64,000 nt of DNA from an uncultured Schlesneria sp. Its GTDB lineage: Bacteria > Planctomycetota > Planctomycetia > Planctomycetales > Planctomycetaceae. Below, one piece after another: positions 31,697-40,792 of this stretch. The notes beneath the pieces are model-generated. The model was given only the letters and a program-made list of their open reading frames with translations, searched no databases and had not been told where the DNA came from. The first letter of the stretch is position 1. Each line of letters opens with the position of its first letter. The position numbers and the translations under genes are program-made. The stretch is from positions 415-64,414 of the forward strand of contig CAXBSB010000006.1 of assembly GCA_963977965.1 (NCBI GenBank). The letters run 5' to 3'.

Positions 31697-33094
31697 TCAG
31701 CGATTCGTTTCGATAATCCGGGCAGATCGACTACGTTGTTTCCCAAGTTCTTCCGCAAGGTTTCGTGTGACTGTTGATCGAACTTTGGCACCGTTGAATA
31801 CGACGTCCAGGTTGGTCAGGACCAGCCGATCTCCAGCTTCCAGCCCCGATTCGATGATTGCAAAGCTGTGCAATGTCCGGGCAATTTTTACAGTTCGCTC
31901 CTCGATGACTCCGTCTTTCTCGACGAAGGCTTTGCCGTCCAGGACAGTGTCACGAGGAACAACCTTCACTTGCTTCAGAACTGGTCCTTCGATCCTTGCT
32001 TGAACAAACGTTCCGGGCAGCAGGGGCGATACCTGCTGTGAATTGTCGACCTGCACATAGGCGATCGCCGTACGAGTATGTTCATCCGCTTTGGGAGACA
32101 TGCGGATGACGTGACCTTTCCATCGTGGCGTAGCCCCTTCGTTTTCTGCCAGTTCTGCGACGGGGTACTGCCGCTCCATGACATCAGGAAGCAACTTCGC
32201 GTAGTCGTCCAGAGTGACTGGCAGTGGGATCTCGACCACCTTTTGATCGGTGATTGTGGCAATTGGTTCGCCCACTCGAAGGTACTGCCCGACTTCGACC
32301 TGAACGGTACTGACAAGTCCGTCAAACGGAGGTCGAATGCTCGTTCGCTGAAGATCGATTTCAGCCAGCTTCAACGCTGCTTCGTGACTTTCAATGCGTC
32401 TCTGGATCAGTTCCCGCCGCACTGGCAGCAGATCTTTGTCATTCTTGCTCTGCACAACCATCTTTTCATGCTGACGCAATTCCATTTGTGCACGGCGTAG
32501 ATCGCTGTCCGTGTTGATGCCCTGCTTCCGCAGAAGCTGAGCCTTTTCATATTCACGTTTGGAATCGTCGAAATCCGCTGAAATTGTCGTGTGCAGGCGA
32601 TCCAGATTCTCTTCGTCCTGCTGAATCCGTTTCAGTTCGGCGCGATCTTCGGACAACTGAGTTTGTCCCTGTGTGACTTTGGCCTCGTACGATTTGGGGT
32701 CAATCCGCACCAGCAGGTCGCCTGGCTGACTGGTGTCGTCGTGATTCACTGCATGAACCTTGCTGCCGACCTTCAGATGCGGATGCAGTTCCGTGATTTC
32801 ACCAGCGACTTGTGCCGACAGGACCACTTCCCGTTCCGCTTCGCTTGTTCCGAGCCCCCGGACGATTTCTCGAAGCGTGAGGTTTTCGACATCGAAAACT
32901 TCAACGTTATAAACGCGTTCAACGGGTTCCCTGAGAACGGGTGGTTGCTTCAGCAGCGTCAATCCGTGGCTGACCCCGAATCCGGCAGCGAGGGCGAGTA
33001 CTGCGAGTCCCGCTGAAATCAAGAACTGTCTGTACTGCGGCTTCGGATTCGTCACGATCACCCTTCGTCGTTCTTCAAGAACTCGACTCGTCAA
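31697..33094 (-). CDS. RND efflux periplasmic adaptor (membrane fusion protein)
   Basis: N-terminal TM, VVLSAQVAGEI, coiled coil, RTSIRPPFDGLV..V.VEVGQY, LLPGTFVQARI. Confidence 0.9.
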   Translation of the reverse strand: MTSRVLEERRRVIVTNPKPQYRQFLISAGLAVLALAAGFGVSHGLTLLKQPPVLREPVERVYNVEVFDVENLTLREIVRGLGTSEAEREVVLSAQVAGEITELHPHLKVGSKVHAVNHDDTSQPGDLLVRIDPKSYEAKVTQGQTQLSEDRAELKRIQQDEENLDRLHTTISADFDDSKREYEKAQLLRKQGINTDSDLRRAQMELRQHEKMVVQSKNDKDLLPVRRELIQRRIESHEAALKLAEIDLQRTSIRPPFDGLVSTVQVEVGQYLRVGEPIATITDQKVVEIPLPVTLDDYAKLLPDVMERQYPVAELAENEGATPRWKGHVIRMSPKADEHTRTAIAYVQVDNSQQVSPLLPGTFVQARIEGPVLKQVKVVPRDTVLDGKAFVEKDGVIEERTVKIARTLHSFAIIESGLEAGDRLVLTNLDVVFNGAKVRSTVTRNLAEELGKQRSRSARIIETNR

Positions 33095-33138
33095 TTACGA
33101 TGATTCAGGCGGCACTTTTAGCGACTCGTGTCAGTGCG

Positions 33139-34017
33139 TCAAGTAGATTCTATCAACACCGGAAACAGGCAACCGGCTTTTCTGGCACTGTATTCGACTC
33201 CGAACTGGATTGCGTCGAGTGGCGCCATCCCGGAGTAAATTTTCGCACAAATCGCGGCGGTCAACGCGTCGCCACATCCAATCGGATTTACAACTTTGAC
33301 CTGAGGTGGCGTCAGGCGAACCAACCCATCCGGCCCCATCACCAGCATGGGATCGGGGCCGTTGCTGACGACGACCCATTCGGCACCCCGCTCACGTACC
33401 TCTGACATCGCCTGAACCAGATCCTGTTCGGTATGCAGTGGTCGCCCGACCGTCATGGCGAGTTCTTCTCGATTCGGCTTGACCAGGAACGGCCTGAACG
33501 CCAGGCACTCCAGTAATTCCTGCCCGCGGACATCGAGTATGGCTTTCGCCGATGTCTGCTGCATGAGTGTTCGATAGAAACTGGTCGGGGTTCGCTGGGG
33601 CAAAGAACCGCTCAGCACAACAAACGCCGCATCGCGTGCCACTTCCGCAAATGCCGCGATGTATTGTGTCAGTTCGTCATCCGTCAACGGGGACGAGTTC
33701 TCGACCAGTTCTGTGGTGACGCCCGTCGATTGATCCAGCAACGTTGTGCAAACCCGTGTCGGCGCCCGTGAAGTGATCCAGCGTGCGGGGATTCCGCGTC
33801 GTGAAAAGTCATCACGAATCTGCTCACCCGTGGCTCCTCCTATGGGGCTCAGCGTCAGTGAGGGGCACCCGAGCGCGTGCAAAGACGCCCCCACATTCAA
33901 GACCTTTCCTGATCCGCACCAGAGCGCAGACTGTGCTCGATTCACCTGACCAGAGTTCAGATGGTCGAATTGCAGGATCTGCTGCCATGCGGGGGTCAGG
34001 CCAGCCGCGACAATCAC
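33139..34017 (-). CDS. 1-phosphofructokinase-like PfkB family carbohydrate kinase
   Basis: GLTPAWQ, GSGKVLNV, TRVCTT, LSGSLP, VKPNREEL, VNPIGCGDA. Confidence 0.9.
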   Translation of the reverse strand: MIVAAGLTPAWQQILQFDHLNSGQVNRAQSALWCGSGKVLNVGASLHALGCPSLTLSPIGGATGEQIRDDFSRRGIPARWITSRAPTRVCTTLLDQSTGVTTELVENSSPLTDDELTQYIAAFAEVARDAAFVVLSGSLPQRTPTSFYRTLMQQTSAKAILDVRGQELLECLAFRPFLVKPNREELAMTVGRPLHTEQDLVQAMSEVRERGAEWVVVSNGPDPMLVMGPDGLVRLTPPQVKVVNPIGCGDALTAAICAKIYSGMAPLDAIQFGVEYSARKAGCLFPVLIEST

Positions 34018-35222
34018 CAGAGTTGCTCCAAGAGTGCACTCAATTCCATGTCAGAGACATCGCGTGGATTGCCGCTCATACTGTTTCCGCGAGAACCTTT
34101 CACCAGGCCTGGAATCTGTTCTTTCTGAACCCCGATTTCACGCAATCGAGTGGGGATTTTGACGGTCGCACAGAGCGATTCAATGCGATGGATAAACCGA
34201 TCCGCTGCCTCTGCGGGATCTGAACATGCGGGGTCAAACAACTGTTCCAGTTCAGCAAGTTGGTCTCGACTGACGTCTCGATTGATTCGTAACGCCGAAG
34301 GAAGCATCACGGCACAAGCCAGTCCATGCGGAACGGAGCACGTTACTCCCAGTGCCGCGGCGACGCCGTGAGCCAACCCCAGGCCGGAATTCGCCAGAGC
34401 CATTCCGGATAACAGCGCGGCGTGAGACATCGCTTCGCGTGGCTGCCGCTGCGACCCATCTGCCACAGCAGTTGCCAATGCCGGGACCGCCAGTTTCAAT
34501 CCCTGTTGGCAAAGTGTCTGGGGGATCGGAGCCGCACGCCGGGAAATGAAGCTTTCGATCAGTTGCGTGATCGCATCCATACCAGTGTATGCAGTCGTTT
34601 CACTCGGAACGCTGATTGTTAATTCAGGGTCGATCAATACCAGCCGAGGGACCATCGAATCGGAACGGAGACTCTTCTTGTAAGGAGCAGGTCGATTCGC
34701 GACGTCGGCTTTCTGATCCACCGCAGGACTGTTGGAGGAAATCACTGAATTCTTGGTTGCTTCGGCTCCAGTTCCCGCCGTCGTGGGAACCGCAATGAAA
34801 CTGAGGGGCGGGGAGATGATCTGCAGACCGCGACCGACCCCTTCAAGAAAATCCTCGACTGATTCTCCCTGACGGTTTGTCGCCAGTGCCGCAGCCGCTT
34901 TCGCCAGGTCAATCGTAGCGCCACCGCCAACGGCAATCACAACATCATCGGGAGTCGGATTCAGCGATCGAAAGGTCCCGACAAGTTCGTCGACATCACG
35001 CACTTCAGGTTCGCGCGACGGAACCGGAAACCCCAGCAGATCGAGCCCCGCCTGGCGAATGATCGTCGCGAGTTCTTCGACGACTCCTGTCCGCTCCAGC
35101 GTTCGGCTGCCCGAGACGAGAAACACGCGACGGCCCAGCGTAGCGGCCAGCGTCCCTAACTCCGTACGGCGTCCCCATCCAAATACGATCTGTCGTGGGG
35201 CCAGAAATGTATATGCGTTCAT
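34014..35222 (-). CDS. Iron-containing alcohol dehydrogenase
   Basis: IVFGWG, AVGGGATIDLAKA, AVPTTAGTGAEAT, GMDAITQLIES, GLAHG..A, HGLACA. Confidence 0.93.
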   Translation of the reverse strand: MNAYTFLAPRQIVFGWGRRTELGTLAATLGRRVFLVSGSRTLERTGVVEELATIIRQAGLDLLGFPVPSREPEVRDVDELVGTFRSLNPTPDDVVIAVGGGATIDLAKAAAALATNRQGESVEDFLEGVGRGLQIISPPLSFIAVPTTAGTGAEATKNSVISSNSPAVDQKADVANRPAPYKKSLRSDSMVPRLVLIDPELTISVPSETTAYTGMDAITQLIESFISRRAAPIPQTLCQQGLKLAVPALATAVADGSQRQPREAMSHAALLSGMALANSGLGLAHGVAAALGVTCSVPHGLACAVMLPSALRINRDVSRDQLAELEQLFDPACSDPAEAADRFIHRIESLCATVKIPTRLREIGVQKEQIPGLVKGSRGNSMSGNPRDVSDMELSALLEQLW

Positions 35223-35316
35223 CACCACAGGATAACCATGAAGCCACGCGGGGAAAACCCGGCAGACAGGCCTTCTCTTTTCGGATTCGTCCACGCTGCA
35301 CGATGCAGGATGAAAA

Positions 35317-36267
35317 TCACCCCCGCGGATGGCATCGCTCGTGGATGGTCTTAAGGCGACTGTGTTCGACCTGAGTATAAATCTGTGTCGTGCGAATACT
35401 GGCGTGACCGAGCAGTTCCTGCAGAGCTCGAATCTCGGCCCCACGTGCCAGCATGTGAGTTGCAAAGCTGTGACGCAGAGTGTGCGGACTGATTTCACTG
35501 CTGCCACCGATTCGACCAGCGTAACGTTTGACGAGCTTCCAGACTGTGATGCGGCTTAACGATTTCCCGCCGCGTGAAACCAGCAGAGGTGAAGACTGTT
35601 CGCTTTCGCGAGCCAGCAGTGGTCGCTCATGCGTTAAGTACGCTTCCACCGCAGCGCGGGCAACGGGGTTCAGCGACACCATTCGTTCTTTGTTTCCCTT
35701 ACCGCGGCATCGGCAGTAACTTTCTTCCAGCCGGATGTCTCGAAGGGTGATGGCGCAGACTTCCGATGCTCGACATCCCGTCGCATACATCAAGGCCAAT
35801 AATGCTCGATCCCGCAGCGGGTAGCGATCGTGCCGTGTCGGTGCGGCGATCAGTTCGTCGACCTTTTCGGGACTGAGAACTTTGGGAAGGTGTTGCCAGA
35901 GTTTGGGGGAATTGACCAGTTCCACAATGCTTTCGGGGATGATCCCTTCGAGCACGAGGTATCGGAAAAACATCTTGATCGAAACCAGATGTCGCGCGAT
36001 TGAGGTGGCCGCGTAGTCACGTTCGCGCAGGTACCCCAGGTAATCCGTAAAGAGCGAGATTTCGACCTGCTGAATCCGGGCCGGGCCTCGAGTTCGATAC
36101 CATTCCGAGAACTGAGTCAGGTCGTGCTGATAGGCAATGACCGTGTTGTCGCTCAGCCCACATTCCGCTCGCAGGTAATTCATGAACCCGGCGAGATGCA
36201 CTCCCGGATCCGCAGGACGTTCACCCGCAGATGCAGCAGGGCCAGCAGGGCGTTTACGCGGCGGCAT
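35317..36267 (-). CDS. xerD: Site-specific tyrosine recombinase XerD
   Basis: ATGCRASE, GKGNKERMV, SPHTLRHSFATHML, QELLGHASIRTTQIYT. LPKVLS..V linker typical of XerD. Confidence 0.9.
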   Translation of the reverse strand: MPPRKRPAGPAASAGERPADPGVHLAGFMNYLRAECGLSDNTVIAYQHDLTQFSEWYRTRGPARIQQVEISLFTDYLGYLRERDYAATSIARHLVSIKMFFRYLVLEGIIPESIVELVNSPKLWQHLPKVLSPEKVDELIAAPTRHDRYPLRDRALLALMYATGCRASEVCAITLRDIRLEESYCRCRGKGNKERMVSLNPVARAAVEAYLTHERPLLARESEQSSPLLVSRGGKSLSRITVWKLVKRYAGRIGGSSEISPHTLRHSFATHMLARGAEIRALQELLGHASIRTTQIYTQVEHSRLKTIHERCHPRG

Positions 36268-36375
36268 ACAGCGATCCTTGTCTGGTTCGAAACTTCCCAA
36301 CAAAGTGGTATCGTCCGACGGTCCGCTAATCCTTGAAGACTTGTTCGATTTTGCCAGGTTTCGAGGCCTGGCAAC

Positions 36376-36465
36376 TCGTGGTAAAATGGGGTCAGACCCT
36401 TTGGAGGGCAGTCGATTTGGGTTGGAAATCGTATGCCCAGAGAGGGTCTGACCCTTTTACCACGA
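36376..36465. repeat. GGGGTCAGACCC-type inverted repeat upstream of xerD
   Basis: TCGTGGTAAAATGGGGTCAGACCCTTTGGAGGGCA ... TGCCCAGAGAGGGTCTGACCCTTTTACCACGA, imperfect arms of about 33 bp. Confidence 0.75.
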
Positions 36466-36507
36466 ACTGCTAGCGACTGATGATCGTGAATTGCACGCTG
36501 TTTCCGG

Positions 36508-36936
36508 TTACTTCGGCGACTTCGCAAAGTGCTGTTCGACAGCCATCAAAAGCGGGTTAATCGTGTATTTCTGAATATTGTGCGGGGGTTTCCAAGCCCG
36601 CCATTCGTGACCACCATGCTCGGTCACCTGAATTCGATCAACGCGATCAATCCAGCCCAGAAAGATCACCAGGGTTTTCTCGACCCGCTCGGAACCAAAC
36701 CGAGGCTCAATCGGGTAGTACATTTCTTCGAAGCGAAACTCGGGATCCAGCGTCACCTGATCGATCGCAACGCCCGTTTCTTCCCACATTTCCCGTAGGG
36801 CACACTGGATTTCGGTTTCACCGGGTTCGACATGACCTTTTGGCAAGTCAAAACGGTGCGAGTGCTTCATCAGCAGAAACGATAATTCAGGAATCCTGCG
36901 AAACAACAGCACTCCGCACGATTTAACCTGACGCAT
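36508..36936 (-). CDS. NUDIX hydrolase, bis(5'-nucleosyl)-tetraphosphatase-like
   Basis: SCGVLLFR, DLPKGHVEPGETEIQCALREMWEETG (Nudix box), TEHGGHEW. Confidence 0.88.
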   Translation of the reverse strand: MRQVKSCGVLLFRRIPELSFLLMKHSHRFDLPKGHVEPGETEIQCALREMWEETGVAIDQVTLDPEFRFEEMYYPIEPRFGSERVEKTLVIFLGWIDRVDRIQVTEHGGHEWRAWKPPHNIQKYTINPLLMAVEQHFAKSPK

Positions 36937-37226
36937 TCTGGGCCTTTCCTCTGTCTCTCTCAAAATGGCCTCTGCTGGCTCTGGCCGCGAGTTCAGGTGG
37001 CCAATCTTCCGTCAAATGGCCATTTTTCGGGGCTGCCAGGATCGTCGAGACGCATCAGGTACTACAGTTACACGTATCGGAACGGTAATGCAACAAAGCC
37101 AACAAACCGTTTGGCCACGTTTTCTCCTCACATCGCCTGTTGAATCACCTGTACGGCGCCGGTAACATCGTCGCAACGGTAATTGTGAATGTGTTCGAAC
37201 GAGCACAGTGAGTTTTCTGGAGTAGT

Positions 37227-39734
37227 TTGATGGCAGTTGACGAACTTCGCCCGCACTTCAACGCACGAAACTCGCTGTTTTTCACGCAGTTCATGCTTTC
37301 GACTCTGGCAGTATTGATCGCAGCACAGGTGGGCTTCGCGGCCGATCCCCCTGTGCGAACCCCCGCCGGAAACATCGTCGTCGTTCCTGCCGCCGTCAAA
37401 TTGACAGATCTCCGCCAGCCACAGTCGGTTCTGGTCCTGGGCAAGACTGCTGACGGATTTGCTCTCGATTTGACCAGTCAGTCTACGATCAAGTCCGTAG
37501 ATGAGACGGTTGCCGTTGTCGAAGCGGGATGGGTGCGTCCTCTGAAAACGGGTGAAACGAAAATCACGATCCAGTCGCACGGCCAGACTCAGGAAATTCC
37601 CGTTTCAGTCGTCTTGCCGCCTCAGGAACGTCCCTACAGCTTTCGCCACGAGGTGATGCCCATCCTTTCCAAGGGGGGCTGTAACATGGGGGCCTGTCAT
37701 GGCTATTCGCTCGGCAAAGGAGGGTTCATCCTTTCTCTCCGCGGAGCCAATGCCGATCAGGACTATCAGGCCATCTTCAGCGACGCTCAGTCGCGGCGGC
37801 TGAACCATGTTGACCCATCAAACAGTCTGCTGGTCCGCAAGCCCGTGGGCGATGTCCCTCACCGTGGCGGAACGCGGTTCTCGCGGGATAGTCGCCTCCA
37901 CGAAACTCTGGTCAAGTGGATCGAACAGGGAGCACAACTGGATCCCGATCAGAAGGTAGAAGTGGAACGCGTCACGATAACTCCCGAACGGTTTGTAATG
38001 GAACCGGGAATGAAGCATCGCCTTCAGTTGATCGCGCATTACACCGATGGTTCGACGCGCGATGTGACTCGGCTCGGGATCTTCACGGTGAATACTGAGG
38101 GTGTTGCCGAAGTGACGGAGGGAGGCGAAGTGACGGCTCGCGAATACGGCGAATCGGCTGTCGTCGCCCGATACGAACGAAAATTCGCGGCGTCGCGGCT
38201 GATCGTTTTGAAGCAGAACCCCGGATTTCAGCCGACACCTGTTCCGACTGACCACTTCATCGATCAGCACGTCATCACAAAACTGAATGATCTGAAAGTG
38301 ACTCCTTCCGACGTTGCAGGAGACGAGGAATTCCTGCGGCGTGTTCATCTGGACCTGATCGGACTGCAGCCGACTCCCGATGAGATTCGTAAATTCGTTG
38401 CTGACACAAATCCTGCGAAGCGGTCGGCTGAGATCGATGTCCTGTTCGCTCGCCCTGAGTTTGTTGATCACTGGTCATTGAAGTGGGGCGACTTGTTCCA
38501 GAACTCGCGCGTTCGCCTGAGTGAACAGGCCGTCTACGGATTTCGAGAATGGCTGCGAAGCGCTATCGCGTCGAACATGCCGATGGATGAGTTTGCTCGT
38601 CAATTGCTGGCGAGTCGTGGTGGAGCCAGCGATGATCCGGCCAGCGCTTATTTCACGATCAGCAAGGATACAAACGATACCGTCGAACGAGTGGCTCAGG
38701 TGTTCTGCGGAGTTCGAATGCTGTGTGCCCGGTGTCATCCTCATCCGATGGAAAACTGGACTCAGGCCGATTACTACGGCATGCACACGTTCTTCAATCA
38801 GGTCTCGTCGAAGACGGACACTCGTTTGGCAGGTGTGCCCAATGCCCGATCCGTCGTCCTGCAACTGGGAGCCGGTTTCTCAACAAATCCGCGGACCGGC
38901 CAGCCTCAACCCCCTCGATACCTGGGAGGTGGCGAGCCGACTCTGTCAGCAGAAACAGACCGTCGACCTGACTTTGCCCGATGGCTGACAACAAAAGAGA
39001 ACCCGCATTTTGCCCGCAGTCTCTCGAATCGTGTCTGGAGCTACTTCTTCAGTCGTGGAATCATCGATCCCGTTGACGACCTGAGAACCACCAACCCACC
39101 GATTAACCCGGAACTGCTCGAAGCATTGACGAAAGACTTCGTTGATCACGGATTTGATCTTCGGCACCTGATGCGAACGATCGTCACGTCGCGAACGTAT
39201 CAGCGCAGCAGTACACCCAACGAATCAAACCGGATCGACTCAATGAACTTCTCACGGTCGATTCCCCGTCGAGTCACAGCCGAAGCCCTGCTGGATTCGC
39301 TCGTTCAGGCGACGGGGGTGAGGGAAAACTTTGGGGGAGCCCCCGGCGGATTCAATGCGGCCCAGTTGCCGGATGCCGAAATCACCAGCGAATTCCTGTC
39401 ACTGTTTGGCAAGCCGCAACGAATGGAAGCCTGTGAATGTGAACGTGACAGCGAATCAAACATGCTGCAGGCACTGCACATGATCAACGGCAATTCTATT
39501 CTGCGGCGAGTGACGGATGGAAACGGTCGTGTCGCTCAGTTGCTGAAACAGCATGCGGCAAACGAACCACTGATTGAAGACCTCTACCTGTGGGCTGTCG
39601 CACGTCGACCGACCCCGCAAGAGATTCAGGTGGCCAACAAGCATTTCGAAGTCTACGGAATGGATCGAACGGCCGCTGCACAGGATTTGATGTGGGCTCT
39701 CTTTAACAGCCGGGACTTTTTGCTTGTGCATTAG
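37227..39734 (+). CDS. DUF1549/DUF1553 (PSD1) protein with Ig-like domains
   Basis: SFRHEVMPILSKGGCNMGACHG, IDQHV..KL, FLRRVHLDLIG..PT, CARCHPHP, NPHFARSLSNRVW, FGKPQR..ACECER, DLMWALFNSRDF. Start uncertain (37230 or 37293). Confidence 0.9.
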   Translation: MMAVDELRPHFNARNSLFFTQFMLSTLAVLIAAQVGFAADPPVRTPAGNIVVVPAAVKLTDLRQPQSVLVLGKTADGFALDLTSQSTIKSVDETVAVVEAGWVRPLKTGETKITIQSHGQTQEIPVSVVLPPQERPYSFRHEVMPILSKGGCNMGACHGYSLGKGGFILSLRGANADQDYQAIFSDAQSRRLNHVDPSNSLLVRKPVGDVPHRGGTRFSRDSRLHETLVKWIEQGAQLDPDQKVEVERVTITPERFVMEPGMKHRLQLIAHYTDGSTRDVTRLGIFTVNTEGVAEVTEGGEVTAREYGESAVVARYERKFAASRLIVLKQNPGFQPTPVPTDHFIDQHVITKLNDLKVTPSDVAGDEEFLRRVHLDLIGLQPTPDEIRKFVADTNPAKRSAEIDVLFARPEFVDHWSLKWGDLFQNSRVRLSEQAVYGFREWLRSAIASNMPMDEFARQLLASRGGASDDPASAYFTISKDTNDTVERVAQVFCGVRMLCARCHPHPMENWTQADYYGMHTFFNQVSSKTDTRLAGVPNARSVVLQLGAGFSTNPRTGQPQPPRYLGGGEPTLSAETDRRPDFARWLTTKENPHFARSLSNRVWSYFFSRGIIDPVDDLRTTNPPINPELLEALTKDFVDHGFDLRHLMRTIVTSRTYQRSSTPNESNRIDSMNFSRSIPRRVTAEALLDSLVQATGVRENFGGAPGGFNAAQLPDAEITSEFLSLFGKPQRMEACECERDSESNMLQALHMINGNSILRRVTDGNGRVAQLLKQHAANEPLIEDLYLWAVARRPTPQEIQVANKHFEVYGMDRTAAAQDLMWALFNSRDFLLVH

Positions 39735-39749
39735 CTGTTCCCGACCAGA

Positions 39750-39867
39750 GAAGAAGTAGAAACGCAGAGGACGCGGAGATCGCTGAGAGAAGGCAGGAGA
39801 AGGACTGGGGTTGGGGCTTCTCTCTTTATTCCTCGGCGTCCCTAGCGCTCTCTGTGTTTCAAACTCT
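39750..39867 (+). repeat. About 120-bp imperfect palindromic dispersed repeat (CGCAGAG family), copy 1
   Basis: Roughly 90% identical by eye to the reverse complement of 52865-52982. Confidence 0.88.
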
Positions 39868-39891
39868 TTACGTTACCAATTGACAACGATC

Positions 39892-40776
39892 TCACGCATC
39901 CTGCTTGACTGGGCCTGGCTGGGCGGCACCAAACTGAACGATTGCTACCATCACCAGAATACCTGCCAGGGCCGCGATCTGAATCGAGGTGATCTCTTCG
40001 CCGTCGGCCCAGCCCCATAAGATTGCTCCGACGGGGACGAGAATTGTTGTCATCGATGCGAACAGTGGCCCCTGGTCCTGAACCAGTTTGTTAAACAGAT
40101 ATGTGGCAAAGCCGGTTCCGGCGATTCCAAGCGTTGCCACCGAGGCAATGGCGATCACCCAGTTTCCGGGGTCGATCGATCGTCGGTCTGGAACCATCAG
40201 CATCAGCGGCAGCAGCATACTCGACGCCATCGCCAGGCAAAGCAACGTCAGTTCCAGTGGGGGAAGATGACGCAGGGAGCGGCGAATCCAGCTATTGGCA
40301 ATCGAATACGTTGTCGGAACACTGAAGGCTGTCAGCACATCGATGAATGCGACCGAATGACGCATTTCATCCTGCATCAGGATTGCCATACAGATCAATG
40401 CACCGATCACACCGAAGAGTTGTCGAGGTGTTGGAAAGACCCCCAGCATCGGGATTGAGACCAGGATTGTGATCAGCGGGGTCATGCCAACAGTCATGCC
40501 GATGAATGCCCCGCCCACCCGGCTGACCAGTTCGGGCTGGATCGAATGCGGCCAGGCAAAACCCAGGATCGCTATGCCGCACAATGGGATCAGATCCTGG
40601 CGACGGAGTGAGGATTTCCGTCGAGCCATCAGAAAGATTGCAGCCAGAACAAGAGCCCCGCACGCGTCTCGAATCGCCCCGATTCCGATCGGAGAGACGC
40701 AAAGCATGGCACGCTTCATCAGGATAAAACTGCTGCCCCAGATGGAGCAGACGACCACGAACCACACATAGGGCAT
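39892..40776 (-). CDS. DMT/EamA family transporter
   Basis: IWGSSFILMK start, about 10 TM helices, two-repeat EamA layout. Confidence 0.88.
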   Translation of the reverse strand: MPYVWFVVVCSIWGSSFILMKRAMLCVSPIGIGAIRDACGALVLAAIFLMARRKSSLRRQDLIPLCGIAILGFAWPHSIQPELVSRVGGAFIGMTVGMTPLITILVSIPMLGVFPTPRQLFGVIGALICMAILMQDEMRHSVAFIDVLTAFSVPTTYSIANSWIRRSLRHLPPLELTLLCLAMASSMLLPLMLMVPDRRSIDPGNWVIAIASVATLGIAGTGFATYLFNKLVQDQGPLFASMTTILVPVGAILWGWADGEEITSIQIAALAGILVMVAIVQFGAAQPGPVKQDA

Positions 40777-40792
40777 GCGAAAAACTCGGCCT

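Noticed and set aside
35317-36267. Tyrosine recombinase as a phage or island integrase
   Set aside because: The sequence is XerD-like, it sits among housekeeping genes, and no att site, tRNA or phage genes are nearby.
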